From: Candidatus Omnitrophota bacterium
GTDB lineage: Bacteria; Omnitrophota; Gorgyraeia; Gygaellales; Profunditerraquicolaceae
Direction of reading: 5' to 3'
Length of the DNA: 64,000 nt
NCBI GenBank assembly: GCA_043800555.1
Contig: JAZDMX010000003.1
Span: 175,531 to 239,530, forward strand
The notes below the pieces were generated by a model. The model had not been told where the DNA came from and did not search any database. It was given only the letters and a program-made list of their open reading frames with translations. Shown here in pieces: positions 9,270 to 18,908 of the stretch. Made by a program: the position numbers and the translations under genes. Within the stretch, counting starts at the first letter, position 1, and every line of letters begins with the position of its first letter.

Positions 9270-9767
9270 TTGAAAATCAAGGGAATAGTTAAGGAGTTAG
9301 AGGCCCGCATTAAGGACCCGGCAAAGGGCCTGCCGGAAGAAGTTTTCCTTTTTATGAGCAGGATCACGCCTTTGGTTAACGTGGACCTGTTGATCAAGAA
9401 TAAACGAAAACAGACGCTATTGACCTGGAGAGACGACGGTTATTTCCCCGCCGGTTGGCATATCCCGGGAGGCATAGTCAGGTATAAGGAACCGATAGCG
9501 CGGAGGATTAAAGCTGTTGCTGCCGCGGAATTAGGGGCCAAGGTCAGATGCAGCGCTACCCCTTTACTAATCCGGGAAGTCGTGATCCCGGCATTAAGAA
9601 ACCGGGCCCACGCTATTTCGTTTCTATACGAGTGTTCATTGGCCAGCCTGCCTGCAAAGGGGCTTATGTATGCCGGAGGTTGTCCGAAACAGGGGCAATG
9701 GGCCTGGCATGAAAAATGCCCCAAAGATTTAATTTCTGTCCACCGGATGTACCGGAGGTTCATATGA
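9270..9767 (+). CDS. gmm: NUDIX hydrolase of the GDP-mannose mannosyl hydrolase (Gmm/WcaH) type
   Basis: ITPLVNVDLLIKNKRKQTLLTWRDDGYFPAGWHIPGGIVRYKEPIARRIKAVAAAELG aligns with the E. coli Gmm N-terminal region. The canonical NUDIX-box glutamates are only partly retained. Confidence 0.65.
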   Translation: MKIKGIVKELEARIKDPAKGLPEEVFLFMSRITPLVNVDLLIKNKRKQTLLTWRDDGYFPAGWHIPGGIVRYKEPIARRIKAVAAAELGAKVRCSATPLLIREVVIPALRNRAHAISFLYECSLASLPAKGLMYAGGCPKQGQWAWHEKCPKDLISVHRMYRRFI

Positions 9768-11587
9768 AAAATAACGGGGTTAAGCTTAACTTTTTGCTCG
9801 TAATGCCCCGGCTTGTGCAGAGTATCGGCGACGGGTATGTTTTCCCTCTGGGAGTGGCCTACGTCTCTTCGAGCATGAAAAAGGCGGGGTTTCGTGTTTT
9901 CACGTTGAACCTTAACCACCGCCAGGGGGAGGTTTTCGAAATTATCCAAAAGGCGGTCAAGGAGCACGGTATAGACGTAGTTGCTACCGGAGGGCTTTCT
10001 CCTCAATACCACTTGGTTAAAAGCGTTATAGAGTCGGCGAAAAAGGCCGATAGCCGGATTGTTACTATTGTCGGAGGCGGGATTATTTCTTCCGACCCGG
10101 AAACCGCCATAGAAGCGCTGGAATTTGCCGATTTTGGCGTAATCGGCGAGGGAGAAGCGACTATGTGCGAATTGGCTTCTTGCCTGGAAGCCAAAGGGGA
10201 TTTCTCCAAGGTTGACGGGCTTATCTATAAAGAAGGCCAAGGGTATAAGAAGACAAACTCCCGTAAGGACATCGAGGATATCAGCAGCATCCCCTGGCCG
10301 GATTACGAAGGGTTTGATGTTGAGCAATATCTTGAAACTCCATCAGCCGGGTTCGCCGGGATAAATAAAAAACGGGTGATTTGCATGTTAGGGAGCCGTT
10401 CCTGCCCTTTTAATTGCACTTTTTGCTGCCATACGATCGGTAAGAAATTCCGCCGTCGCTCACTGGATGATTTTTTTGCCGAACTGGATTATTTGGTTTC
10501 CCGTTATAGGATAGAATATGTTTCCATGGCCGATGAGGTATTTGCCCCGGATTTAGCCAGCGCCAAGGAATTTTGCGGCCGCATAAAGAAATATAGTATT
10601 TCCTGGTATGCTGATTTCAGGATCGACAAGGTCAAGCCGGAACTTCTCGGGCTCCTTAAGGAAAGCGGGCTGGAAGTGATGTTTTTCGGCATAGAGAGCG
10701 CGGATAACCGGATCCTTAAGAGTATGCGCAAGGGTATCACTATTGAGCAGATTGAAAAGGTCCTGAAAATGGTATATGAATCCGGAATCGCCAGCTACGG
10801 TTGTTTTATTTTCGGAGATATCGCCGAAACGCTTGAAACTGCCCAGAATACCCTGAATTGGTGGAAGAAGCATAGGGAGTACGCGGTGCATCTTACCCTG
10901 GTTAAGCCGTTTCCGGGCTCTTATATTTATCAATATGCCTGCCAGAAAGGCATTATCAAAGACCGGATCCAATACCTTAAGGATGGCTGCCCGCAGGTGA
11001 ATATTTCCCTGATGGATGATAAGGAATTCGCCTATATCGTGCGCCAAATATCGGAATCCTTGGGCCTGATGGATGCCTTGGGCTCGGTAGAGCTCTTAGG
11101 CCTTGACCCCTTGATGGGCAGAGAAACGATATCCGGGACCTGCGCTAAGTGTTCGCAAAGAAATATCTGGGAAAACATAAAGCTATTCTCTATCGATTAT
11201 ATTTATTGCAGCCATTGCGGGCAGAAATACGAGATCCCTAACCCTCCCCAGCTTAGGGCAAACCTGGACAGGAATATATCCGCATTATTGAGGAAATACG
11301 GCAAGGTCGCTATCTGGGGGATGACCCTTTCGGTTATGGACCTCTTTAAGCATTCAAGAATACTCGCCGATCCCAATGTTTTTCCTATCGATATCTCCGA
11401 GAGCAAGAGAAAAACGGATTTTTTCGGTAAAATAATTTATGCCCCGGATATCTTAGGCGCAGAGAATATTCCGGTTGTGGTAATTGCCGTCCCCTCGCAT
11501 GGCGGGCAAATATCCTGCCAGGTCAAGGAAAACCATCCGGGGGTAACGGAAATAATCGACATTTGCCAATTAGTCGGGTTCAACTAG
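9764..11587 (+). CDS. Cobalamin-binding radical SAM enzyme fused to a Zn-ribbon and a C-methyltransferase C-terminal-like domain (tandem paralog of 7416..9242)
   Basis: ATGA overlap with gmm. The start ATG is at 9764 (MKNNGVKLNFLLVMPRLVQSIGDGY). rSAM motif CPFNCTFC. Zn-ribbon CAKCSQRN...CSHCGQKYE. C-terminal VAIWGMTLSVMDLF...FPIDISESKRK. Confidence 0.85.
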   Translation: MKNNGVKLNFLLVMPRLVQSIGDGYVFPLGVAYVSSSMKKAGFRVFTLNLNHRQGEVFEIIQKAVKEHGIDVVATGGLSPQYHLVKSVIESAKKADSRIVTIVGGGIISSDPETAIEALEFADFGVIGEGEATMCELASCLEAKGDFSKVDGLIYKEGQGYKKTNSRKDIEDISSIPWPDYEGFDVEQYLETPSAGFAGINKKRVICMLGSRSCPFNCTFCCHTIGKKFRRRSLDDFFAELDYLVSRYRIEYVSMADEVFAPDLASAKEFCGRIKKYSISWYADFRIDKVKPELLGLLKESGLEVMFFGIESADNRILKSMRKGITIEQIEKVLKMVYESGIASYGCFIFGDIAETLETAQNTLNWWKKHREYAVHLTLVKPFPGSYIYQYACQKGIIKDRIQYLKDGCPQVNISLMDDKEFAYIVRQISESLGLMDALGSVELLGLDPLMGRETISGTCAKCSQRNIWENIKLFSIDYIYCSHCGQKYEIPNPPQLRANLDRNISALLRKYGKVAIWGMTLSVMDLFKHSRILADPNVFPIDISESKRKTDFFGKIIYAPDILGAENIPVVVIAVPSHGGQISCQVKENHPGVTEIIDICQLVGFN

Positions 11588-11599
11588 AAAGAGGATAGT

Positions 11600-12667
11600 A
11601 TGGCCGCTCAACACAGAATAAAGGCAAGCGAAATTGCGAAACGGGAACAACTCAAAAGGCAAAAACCTTATGTCTATGAGAAAATCATGAAGTATGACGA
11701 AAAAGTAAAGAACGGGGAAAGTATCGCCATACTTCAGTTCCAGTATGATTACGCCTGTAATTTCGCCTGCCAGCATTGTGATATAACCCGCTTACGGGGG
11801 AAAAACAAAAGCAGGTTTTTTACAATTAGCGACGTAAAGGAACTTTCCCGGCAAGCCGATGAAATGGGCCTGGCGCATATCGTCGTAACCGGAGGGGAGC
11901 CGCTGGTTTTCCCGGATTTCGACGCTATCGTTAAAGCGATTGACCCGCAGAAGTTCTATATTACTTCGGATACCAATGGCTGGTTTTTGGATGCCGCCAG
12001 AGCCAGGCATTTAAAAAATATCGGCCTGGATAAAATCCAGCTTAGCCTGGATAGCCTCTCGGCTGCCGAACATGATGCGTTCCGGCGCAAACCCGGCTCT
12101 CACCAGAGGGCCCTTAAGGCAATTGACGCTTCTTTGGATGCGGGATTAAATATTATATTAGCTACCGTAGTTACGAAGCAGAGAATCAGGTCGGAGGAAT
12201 TTATTGAGTTCTTGGAATTTGCCAAGAAAAAAGGCGTAGCGGTATTCGTGACTTACGCTAAGCCTGTCGGAGAGTGGGAAGCTAACTTCGATGTCTTGGT
12301 TACAAAAAGCGATATGGATTATTTGAGGGGGCTGGAGGGGCAATATAATGTTTTTACGCATTTGACTCCTTCCTACGGCCTTGATTTAGGCTGCATAGCG
12401 GTCAAAAGAATGGTTTCTATCACTAAATACGGGGACCTGATGCCTTGCCCTTATATCCACGTTTCGTTAGGGAATTTTTTTGAGGAACCGTTAAAGGATA
12501 TTATCGAAAGGGGCTTAAAGATCAGGTTTTTCGGCAAGCATCTGGATACCTGCCTGATAGCCGAAGACAGGGAATTTATCAGCGAGTATGAAACTAAGAA
12601 GATCTACGGCAAGCCTCTGCCGGTCCCTTATGCCGAGGTGTTTACAAAGAATGATTTTATTGATTAA
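11600..12667 (+). CDS. Radical SAM enzyme (non-B12), possibly with a partial twitch/SPASM C-terminus
   Basis: CX3CX2C motif CNFACQHC. GGEPLVFPDF glycine-rich SAM-binding motif. A good SD (AAGAGGA) precedes the ATG. Confidence 0.8.
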   Translation: MAAQHRIKASEIAKREQLKRQKPYVYEKIMKYDEKVKNGESIAILQFQYDYACNFACQHCDITRLRGKNKSRFFTISDVKELSRQADEMGLAHIVVTGGEPLVFPDFDAIVKAIDPQKFYITSDTNGWFLDAARARHLKNIGLDKIQLSLDSLSAAEHDAFRRKPGSHQRALKAIDASLDAGLNIILATVVTKQRIRSEEFIEFLEFAKKKGVAVFVTYAKPVGEWEANFDVLVTKSDMDYLRGLEGQYNVFTHLTPSYGLDLGCIAVKRMVSITKYGDLMPCPYIHVSLGNFFEEPLKDIIERGLKIRFFGKHLDTCLIAEDREFISEYETKKIYGKPLPVPYAEVFTKNDFID

Positions 12668-13978
12668 ATGAAAAACAAGATCAAAGGGAAAATATTTAAA
12701 TTAATCAAGGAATTGTATAAGGCCCAAGCGGGAAGAAAAGAATTTGTCCCCGGCAAAGGGGCAATTAATTACGGCGGCAGGATCTATGATTCCAAAGAGC
12801 TGATAAATCTAGTTGATGCATCGCTTGATTTTTGGCTTACTGCCGGAAACTACGCCCGGGAATTTGAAGGGAAGCTCTCAGGCTTTCTGGGCGTTAAATA
12901 TTGTTTATTGGCTAATTCCGGCTCATCCGCTAACCTTTTGGCCTTAACCGCGTTAACTTCACCGTTGTTAAAAGAAAAGCGGTTAAAGCCGGGTGACGAA
13001 GTAATCACCACTGCCTGCGGTTTTCCTACCACCCTGAACCCGATACTGCAGAATAACCTTGTGCCCGTATTTATTGATGTAGAGCTGGGCAACTATAATA
13101 TTCAGGCAGAGAAGATCGAAAAGGCTATCACCAGGCAAACAAGGGCGATCTTTACCGCCCATACCCTGGGTAACCCGGTAAACATAGATATAGTCAGGAA
13201 AATAGTTAAAAAGCATAATTTGTACTGGGTTGAGGATAATTGCGATAGCCTTGGGTCCAAATATAGGGGTAGCTATACCGGGACATTCGGGGATATTTCC
13301 ACTTGCAGCTTCTATCCTCCTCACCATATAACTATGGGAGAAGGAGGGGCGGTTTTAACAAACAACCCGCTATTTAAAAGGATTGTAATGTCTTTGCGGG
13401 ACTGGGGAAGGGATTGCTGGTGCGAGCCGGGCCAGGACAATACTTGTAAGAAAAGATTCAGCCGGAAATTCGGCCCGTTGCCTTACGGCTATGACCACAA
13501 ATATGTTTATTCCCATATAGGCTATAATTTAAGAGTTACCGATATGCAGGCGGCTGTCGGCTGCGCGCAGTTAGAGAAATTGCCCGGATTTATTGAAGCC
13601 AGGAAACGCAATTTTAAGTTTCTATACGGTATGCTTAAGGAACACGGCGATCATTTTATCCTGCCGCAGGCGCAGGAACATTCCGATCCCAGCTGGTTTG
13701 GTTTTTCGATCCTTCTAAAAGATACGGCACCGTTTAATAGGGCGGATATTGTTAGTTATTTGGAAGGCAGGAAGATAGCCACGAGAATGCTCTTCGGGGG
13801 TAACTTATTGAAGCAACCGGCCTATAAAAACATAAAATACAGGGTGGCGGGAAATTTAAGGAATACGGATTTGGTAATGAACAACCTTTTTTGGATAGGG
13901 GTCTACCCCGGGCTTACCGGCCCCATGCTTGATTATATAGGAAAGTCCTGGGATGCTTTTCTTAAAAAGGCAAAATGA
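12668..13978 (+). CDS. rfbH: NDP-4-keto-6-deoxyhexose 3-dehydrase (RfbH/DdhC/E1 family, PMP-dependent and [2Fe-2S]-containing)
   Basis: Near full-length alignment to Salmonella RfbH: CLLANSGSSANLLALTALTSP, SFYPPHHITMGEGG (His replaces the aminotransferase Lys), and the Fe-S motif DCWCEPGQDNTCKKRF (C-x-C-x7-C retained). Confidence 0.9.
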   Translation: MKNKIKGKIFKLIKELYKAQAGRKEFVPGKGAINYGGRIYDSKELINLVDASLDFWLTAGNYAREFEGKLSGFLGVKYCLLANSGSSANLLALTALTSPLLKEKRLKPGDEVITTACGFPTTLNPILQNNLVPVFIDVELGNYNIQAEKIEKAITRQTRAIFTAHTLGNPVNIDIVRKIVKKHNLYWVEDNCDSLGSKYRGSYTGTFGDISTCSFYPPHHITMGEGGAVLTNNPLFKRIVMSLRDWGRDCWCEPGQDNTCKKRFSRKFGPLPYGYDHKYVYSHIGYNLRVTDMQAAVGCAQLEKLPGFIEARKRNFKFLYGMLKEHGDHFILPQAQEHSDPSWFGFSILLKDTAPFNRADIVSYLEGRKIATRMLFGGNLLKQPAYKNIKYRVAGNLRNTDLVMNNLFWIGVYPGLTGPMLDYIGKSWDAFLKKAK

Positions 13979-14670
13979 AGCTGACCATACTTATAAGCTG
14001 TTTTAATGAGAAAGCGACCATCCTTAAGGCAATCGAGGAGGCCAAAGCCGTTAAGGCCGATAAAGAGATAATTGTCATAGATAATTGTTCGACAGACGGC
14101 ACAAGGCAGATATTGGAGTCGATAAATGCCGATAGCGGCATAAAAATAATATTTAACGCCAGGAATATGGGGGCCGGATATTCCGGCCGCCAGGGCATCC
14201 AGCTTGCCCGGGGAGATTATTTCTACGCTCCCGGAGCCGACCTGGAATATAAAATGGCCGATGTTTGCGGTATGTTGCAAAAAGCCGAGAGCGAGAACCT
14301 GGATGTAGTTTTCGGCTCAAGGCTTTTGGATAAGAAAGATGTCTCCCGGCTGCGTTTAATCAAGCAAAGGCCGTATTGGCTGGGGACGATCATCGCGACA
14401 TTTTTGATAAATGTATTATTCCGCAAGAATTTTACCGATGTCATCGGGACGCATTTGATCAAAACAGGTATTTTAAAGGGATTGGATTGTAGTTCTAGCG
14501 GCCAGTCTTTTATATTCGAATTGGTAAGCAAGTTTTGCAAGAAAAGTTATAAAATAGGGGAAATTAATGTCTGGTATAAGCCCAGGACGCACAAGGAAGG
14601 TAAAACCATCAGGGCGCTTGATATGGCCCCGGCTTTATTAGCTATCTTCCGGGTCAAAATATTTGGTTAG
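13975..14670 (+). CDS. Family 2 glycosyltransferase, polyprenyl-phosphate sugar synthase type (DPM1/ArnC/GtrB-like)
   Basis: KLTILISCFNEKATI...IVIDNCSTDGT. ATGA overlap with rfbH. Confidence 0.8.
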   Translation: MKLTILISCFNEKATILKAIEEAKAVKADKEIIVIDNCSTDGTRQILESINADSGIKIIFNARNMGAGYSGRQGIQLARGDYFYAPGADLEYKMADVCGMLQKAESENLDVVFGSRLLDKKDVSRLRLIKQRPYWLGTIIATFLINVLFRKNFTDVIGTHLIKTGILKGLDCSSSGQSFIFELVSKFCKKSYKIGEINVWYKPRTHKEGKTIRALDMAPALLAIFRVKIFG

Positions 14671-14676
14671 GCAAAT

Positions 14677-16764
14677 ATGTTAATGTTGATTTTAATAAAT
14701 TTGGCGGTAATCTTAAATTCCGTAATTCTTGCCAAGAATCTCTTTAAGGCCAAGGGGGCGGGCGATTTTGTCCTTGTGGCGTTTATCTTGTTTTTTTCCC
14801 AGATAATCCTGGTTGAGTTGATTCTGGGCAGCCTGGGGCTGTTCTATTTCCCGTATATCTTCCTGGCAAATATCTTTATCCTTGGGTTAACGGCATTAGC
14901 TTACCGCCGGAAACCTTTATCATTTCCGGTTAAAGTTGATATCGGGCCTTTTATCGGCAATAACCTGGTTCTATTGGCTTTGGCGGTTTTTGGGTCATTT
15001 TTCCTGGTAAAGTCGTTTATTAATCTAATTAATCCTCCCATAAGCCCGGACAGCCTGCAATACCATCTTGCCTTTCCGGCTACCTGGATAAGAAACGGCA
15101 ATTTAGCCAATCCAATCTGCATATTCGGATCCATGCCTATGGCAATTCCTAATGCGCTGGAAACCAGCGCTACTTCTTTTTACCCCATCAATGCGCAGCT
15201 ATTCTTTGCCTGGCTTATGCTCCCTTTGCGGAATGCCTTTCTAGCAGATTTAGGAGAGTTCCCCTTTTACATTATCGGCATAATAACCGTATATATGATT
15301 TTGAGGAAATTTGGAGTAAAGAAGGAGATGGCTCTTTTGTCCGGTTTCTTGTGGGCCTTGATCCCGAATATCTTTAAGCAGCTTAGAACGGCTTCGCAAA
15401 TAGACCTAATTTGCGCGGTCATGTTCCTGTTAATGGTATACGCTATTCTGTTGTTCAAGGAAGAACCTGGCATGAAGCGCGCGGTATTATTCGGTATTTC
15501 CGCGGGGATCTTCCTGGGGACTAAAGTCATAAATATTGTTTGGTTTATAGCCGCGCTCCCGTTCTTATTATATGTATTTTACAGGTCTTCCAGAGCCCTT
15601 AAATTTGGGGCGGTTAAGATTACCCTTATGTCCGGCAGCATAATTTCTATGGTATTCTTATTCGGCGGGTTCGCTTATATAAGAAATTTTATATTTACGG
15701 GTAACCCGTTTTTCCCGGTAGACTTGAAAATCTTCGGAGTAACTGTTTTTAAGGGGTTACTGGATAGCGCTTCCTACAAGGCTTCGATTGCTTCCGGGGA
15801 CCAGTTTAATTTGGCGAGGATTTTGTTTAAAGAAGGCTTGGGCGTGCAGTTTTTGGGGTTGATTTTACCGGGCATCCTCATTCCGTTTATTTTCTACAAT
15901 CAAATAAGGAAAAAAGCCAAGCCGCTGGGTGGGTACCTGTTATTTCTTATTACGCCTTTTTTAATAATTGCATTGCATGTCATTTTTGTTAATATCTATG
16001 TAGTGAGGTATTTATTCCCGTTTTTAAGCATAGGATTGGTATGCGCCGTAATTTTCATAAACTTGATCGAGCGCAAAGAAAGGTATTTCTACTTCATTGC
16101 CTTTGTTTGTATCCTGGCATCGGCTTCTGAATTGGCGCACCGGGGGGAACTTATTGTTTCTGTTGCGCTAGCGGCTGTCTTATTCGCTACTATGCTTTTG
16201 TTCAAAAAGCAGCTGGTCTCTTTTTATAGAGGCCGGGTTTTCAATAAGGCTTTAGCGGTTTTTTTGATTTTAGGGCTATTCTCGTTAGGTTACCTTAACG
16301 TTTTATATAATAAAGTGGAGTTTGAGCGCTATCCTTTGACTTTTAGCAAAAAAGAAGCCTGGCAGGCGGATATAGCCAGGGGATGGCAGAAACTTAATGA
16401 ATTGACTGATCCCGGGGCGAGGGTCGCTTATACCGGGCGGCAGGAGTTTTACCCTCTTTTTGGCTCGGGGCTGAAAAACCACGTAAAATATGTTTCGGTT
16501 AATGAAAAAGAGGTTGCTCCCTATAATAAATTTGACGGTTCCTTCAGGAGGCTCAAGGATGGTTCTTGTTGGGGTAAAAACCTGAAGAAAGATAAAATTG
16601 AGTATTTATTTGTTGCGCAGCCGTACTTGGATAATAGGGAGTCGCCAGACCCGGAGGCGTTCCCTATTGAGGACGAATGGGCTAAAGCAAGCCCCGGAAA
16701 TTTCAAATTATTGTATAGCAATTCTATGGTCCATATATACCGGGTTTCTTTAAGCGGGGGTTAA
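14677..16764 (+). CDS. Polytopic membrane protein with a large C-terminal extracytoplasmic domain; putative GT-C-fold glycosyltransferase
   Basis: About 12-14 hydrophobic segments over roughly 500 aa, then a ~200-aa soluble tail. Conserved DSLQYH loop motif near the N-terminus. Paralogous to 18909..20957. Confidence 0.55.
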   Translation: MLMLILINLAVILNSVILAKNLFKAKGAGDFVLVAFILFFSQIILVELILGSLGLFYFPYIFLANIFILGLTALAYRRKPLSFPVKVDIGPFIGNNLVLLALAVFGSFFLVKSFINLINPPISPDSLQYHLAFPATWIRNGNLANPICIFGSMPMAIPNALETSATSFYPINAQLFFAWLMLPLRNAFLADLGEFPFYIIGIITVYMILRKFGVKKEMALLSGFLWALIPNIFKQLRTASQIDLICAVMFLLMVYAILLFKEEPGMKRAVLFGISAGIFLGTKVINIVWFIAALPFLLYVFYRSSRALKFGAVKITLMSGSIISMVFLFGGFAYIRNFIFTGNPFFPVDLKIFGVTVFKGLLDSASYKASIASGDQFNLARILFKEGLGVQFLGLILPGILIPFIFYNQIRKKAKPLGGYLLFLITPFLIIALHVIFVNIYVVRYLFPFLSIGLVCAVIFINLIERKERYFYFIAFVCILASASELAHRGELIVSVALAAVLFATMLLFKKQLVSFYRGRVFNKALAVFLILGLFSLGYLNVLYNKVEFERYPLTFSKKEAWQADIARGWQKLNELTDPGARVAYTGRQEFYPLFGSGLKNHVKYVSVNEKEVAPYNKFDGSFRRLKDGSCWGKNLKKDKIEYLFVAQPYLDNRESPDPEAFPIEDEWAKASPGNFKLLYSNSMVHIYRVSLSGG

Positions 16765-16774
16765 CGTAAGGCCG

Positions 16775-17506
16775 ATGGGGGAAATTGTCAATACCGGAGA
16801 ACGGATACTTTTGGAGCAAGAAACGCCTTTAATGGTCGCCCGCCATTTTTGCGCCTATAAATTTGCCAGGGATTTTGTCAAGGATAAGAGCGTTTTAGAC
16901 GCAGGCTGCGGAGAAGGCTATGGCTCGAATTTCTTGGCCGAATACGCCAAAGCGGTTTGGGGGCTCGATTACGATAAAGATATCATCATTTATGCGCAAG
17001 GTAAGTATAATAAGGTTAACCTGCAATTCCTGGCTTTAGATATCAAAGACCTTAGCAGCCTGCATAAGAAATTCGATGTAATATGTTCATTCCAGAATAT
17101 AGAACATATCCGGGATACGGGCAAGTTCTTAAATGACGCCTTGAGCCTGTTGAATGACGATGGCGTATTTATCTGTTCTACCTGTAATATGAAAGATGCT
17201 TCTCCCGGCAGGAAAGAGCCCTCCAATAGGTTCCATGTCAAAGAGTACCTTTTTGACGAGTTTAGAGGCTTGCTCCAGGGGCATTTTAAGAATGTAGAGA
17301 TCTTCGGTTTAAACAGGGGCTTGGCCTTAAAGGCCTTCCGCAGGCTGAAGAAAATCGGCTTGTTTAATTTCTTGCCGGAGAAAATCAATCCGGTTAAGAT
17401 ATTTTTTGCAAAAGCAGGGTGCGGGTATTTCTTTTGGTCCAGGATAAATCTGGATAATTGCCTGGATTTTCTTGCTGTCTGCAGGAAACAGGAGGCCATT
17501 TCTTAA
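16775..17506 (+). CDS. Class I SAM-dependent methyltransferase
   Basis: Motif I VLDAGCGEGYGSNFLA. Confidence 0.75.
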   Translation: MGEIVNTGERILLEQETPLMVARHFCAYKFARDFVKDKSVLDAGCGEGYGSNFLAEYAKAVWGLDYDKDIIIYAQGKYNKVNLQFLALDIKDLSSLHKKFDVICSFQNIEHIRDTGKFLNDALSLLNDDGVFICSTCNMKDASPGRKEPSNRFHVKEYLFDEFRGLLQGHFKNVEIFGLNRGLALKAFRRLKKIGLFNFLPEKINPVKIFFAKAGCGYFFWSRINLDNCLDFLAVCRKQEAIS

Positions 17507-18904
17507 ATGAAAATCGCTTTGGTATATCCGCCGTCCCAGGAATTGAACCTTAAGGGCTATCCGCTTGGGCTGGCCTATTTATCCGCTGCATTAAAACGAA
17601 AACACCGGGTGCAGGTGTATGATTATAACGGCAAAGGGTTTAACAGCAGCCTGAAGTCTTTCTTTAACGCGCTAAAGCTTACCCGGCCCGACTGTCTCGG
17701 AATTTCTTTTAATTCTTTTAACCGTTGGGGGGCCTATAAAATAATCAAAATGGCCAAGAAGGTAAATAAGGATATCAAGGTCGTTTTGGGGGGAGTGCAT
17801 CCCTCAACAATGCGCGATCAGGTTTTTGGACATTTTTTTGACAGCATTGATTTCATTATCCAATCGGAAGGAGAGGAGCCGTTTTATAAATTATGCGCTC
17901 TTCTGGAAGCCGGCGGGGATTACAGGCATATAAGTGGCCTAGTCTATAAAGATACGGAGAAAAGCTTTAAAGCCAATGCCGTGAGCCAGAAGGTGAGTAA
18001 TTTAGACGATTTGGCTATGCCGGATTATTCTTACGCCTCCGCAATGATAAAAAATAGCGGGTTTGCTTATCTTATTACATCCAGGGGTTGCCCGGTTAAT
18101 TGCTCTTTCTGCTCGACATCGTCTTTTTGGGGCCAGAATATACGGATGAATTCCCCGGAGAGAGTAGGCCAGGAAGTCGATTATGTAAAAAGTTTGGGCG
18201 CAAATAGGGTTTTTTTTCATGACGATACTTTTAATCTGGGTATTGAGCGGACTATCAGGTTAGCGCGGGTGCTAAAAGATAAGAAAATAGAGTACGCTAT
18301 CTCTTGCCGCGTTAAGCCGGTTAACGATGAAATGATCGCAGAGTTGGTCGAATCCGGCTGCAGGCATATAACCTGGGGGGTGGAGAGCTTGTCTAGCAAG
18401 ATACTGCAGAGCATAGACAAGAAGATCACCAGGGAAGACGTAAAGAACGCCTTTGATCTTTGCGCTAAATATTCCGACAGGATGTCTACCGGAGGGTTCT
18501 TTTGCGTAGGCGTCCCCGGGGAAACCCAGGAAACAATTAATGAGTCCGCGGACTATCTAAATAAAAACATAAAATCAACTCATGGCCCGGGTGCAAGCAT
18601 GCTTTATATCCTGCCGGGAACCAGAGTTTACGCGGAAATGGTTAAAAATCATAAATTTGACGAAAGATTATGGATTAAATCCGACTCCGTTTATTATTAT
18701 ACTAAAGAGCATAATATGGGGGTTTTGAACTCTTGGCGCAAAAAGATAAATAATAGCGGGATAAGACTGCCGTTTAAATCCAAATATTTTTGGGATTACG
18801 CCTTGCAAGAAATCCGGGAGGATATAAATCCCCTTAAGAGGTCTTTCCGGAAAACCCGGAAGAAACTGACAAGGTTTATTAATATGTTGCGCAACCGGTA
18901 TTAA
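17507..18904 (+). CDS. Cobalamin-binding (class B) radical SAM enzyme
   Basis: N-terminal B12-binding domain (IALVYPP...GEGEE). rSAM motif CPVNCSFC. Confidence 0.85.
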   Translation: MKIALVYPPSQELNLKGYPLGLAYLSAALKRKHRVQVYDYNGKGFNSSLKSFFNALKLTRPDCLGISFNSFNRWGAYKIIKMAKKVNKDIKVVLGGVHPSTMRDQVFGHFFDSIDFIIQSEGEEPFYKLCALLEAGGDYRHISGLVYKDTEKSFKANAVSQKVSNLDDLAMPDYSYASAMIKNSGFAYLITSRGCPVNCSFCSTSSFWGQNIRMNSPERVGQEVDYVKSLGANRVFFHDDTFNLGIERTIRLARVLKDKKIEYAISCRVKPVNDEMIAELVESGCRHITWGVESLSSKILQSIDKKITREDVKNAFDLCAKYSDRMSTGGFFCVGVPGETQETINESADYLNKNIKSTHGPGASMLYILPGTRVYAEMVKNHKFDERLWIKSDSVYYYTKEHNMGVLNSWRKKINNSGIRLPFKSKYFWDYALQEIREDINPLKRSFRKTRKKLTRFINMLRNRY

Positions 18905-18908
18905 TCTT

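Noticed and set aside
9440-10327. 295-aa minus-strand ORF, the largest antisense ORF in the track
   Set aside because: It is entirely overlapped by two well-supported + strand genes (gmm-like NUDIX and a B12-rSAM). It has a low-complexity, Arg/Pro-rich translation and no recognisable motifs, so it is a shadow ORF.
16990-17499. 169-aa minus-strand ORF
   Set aside because: It lies antisense within the SAM methyltransferase gene 16775..17506, which has a clear motif I, and has no homology signal.
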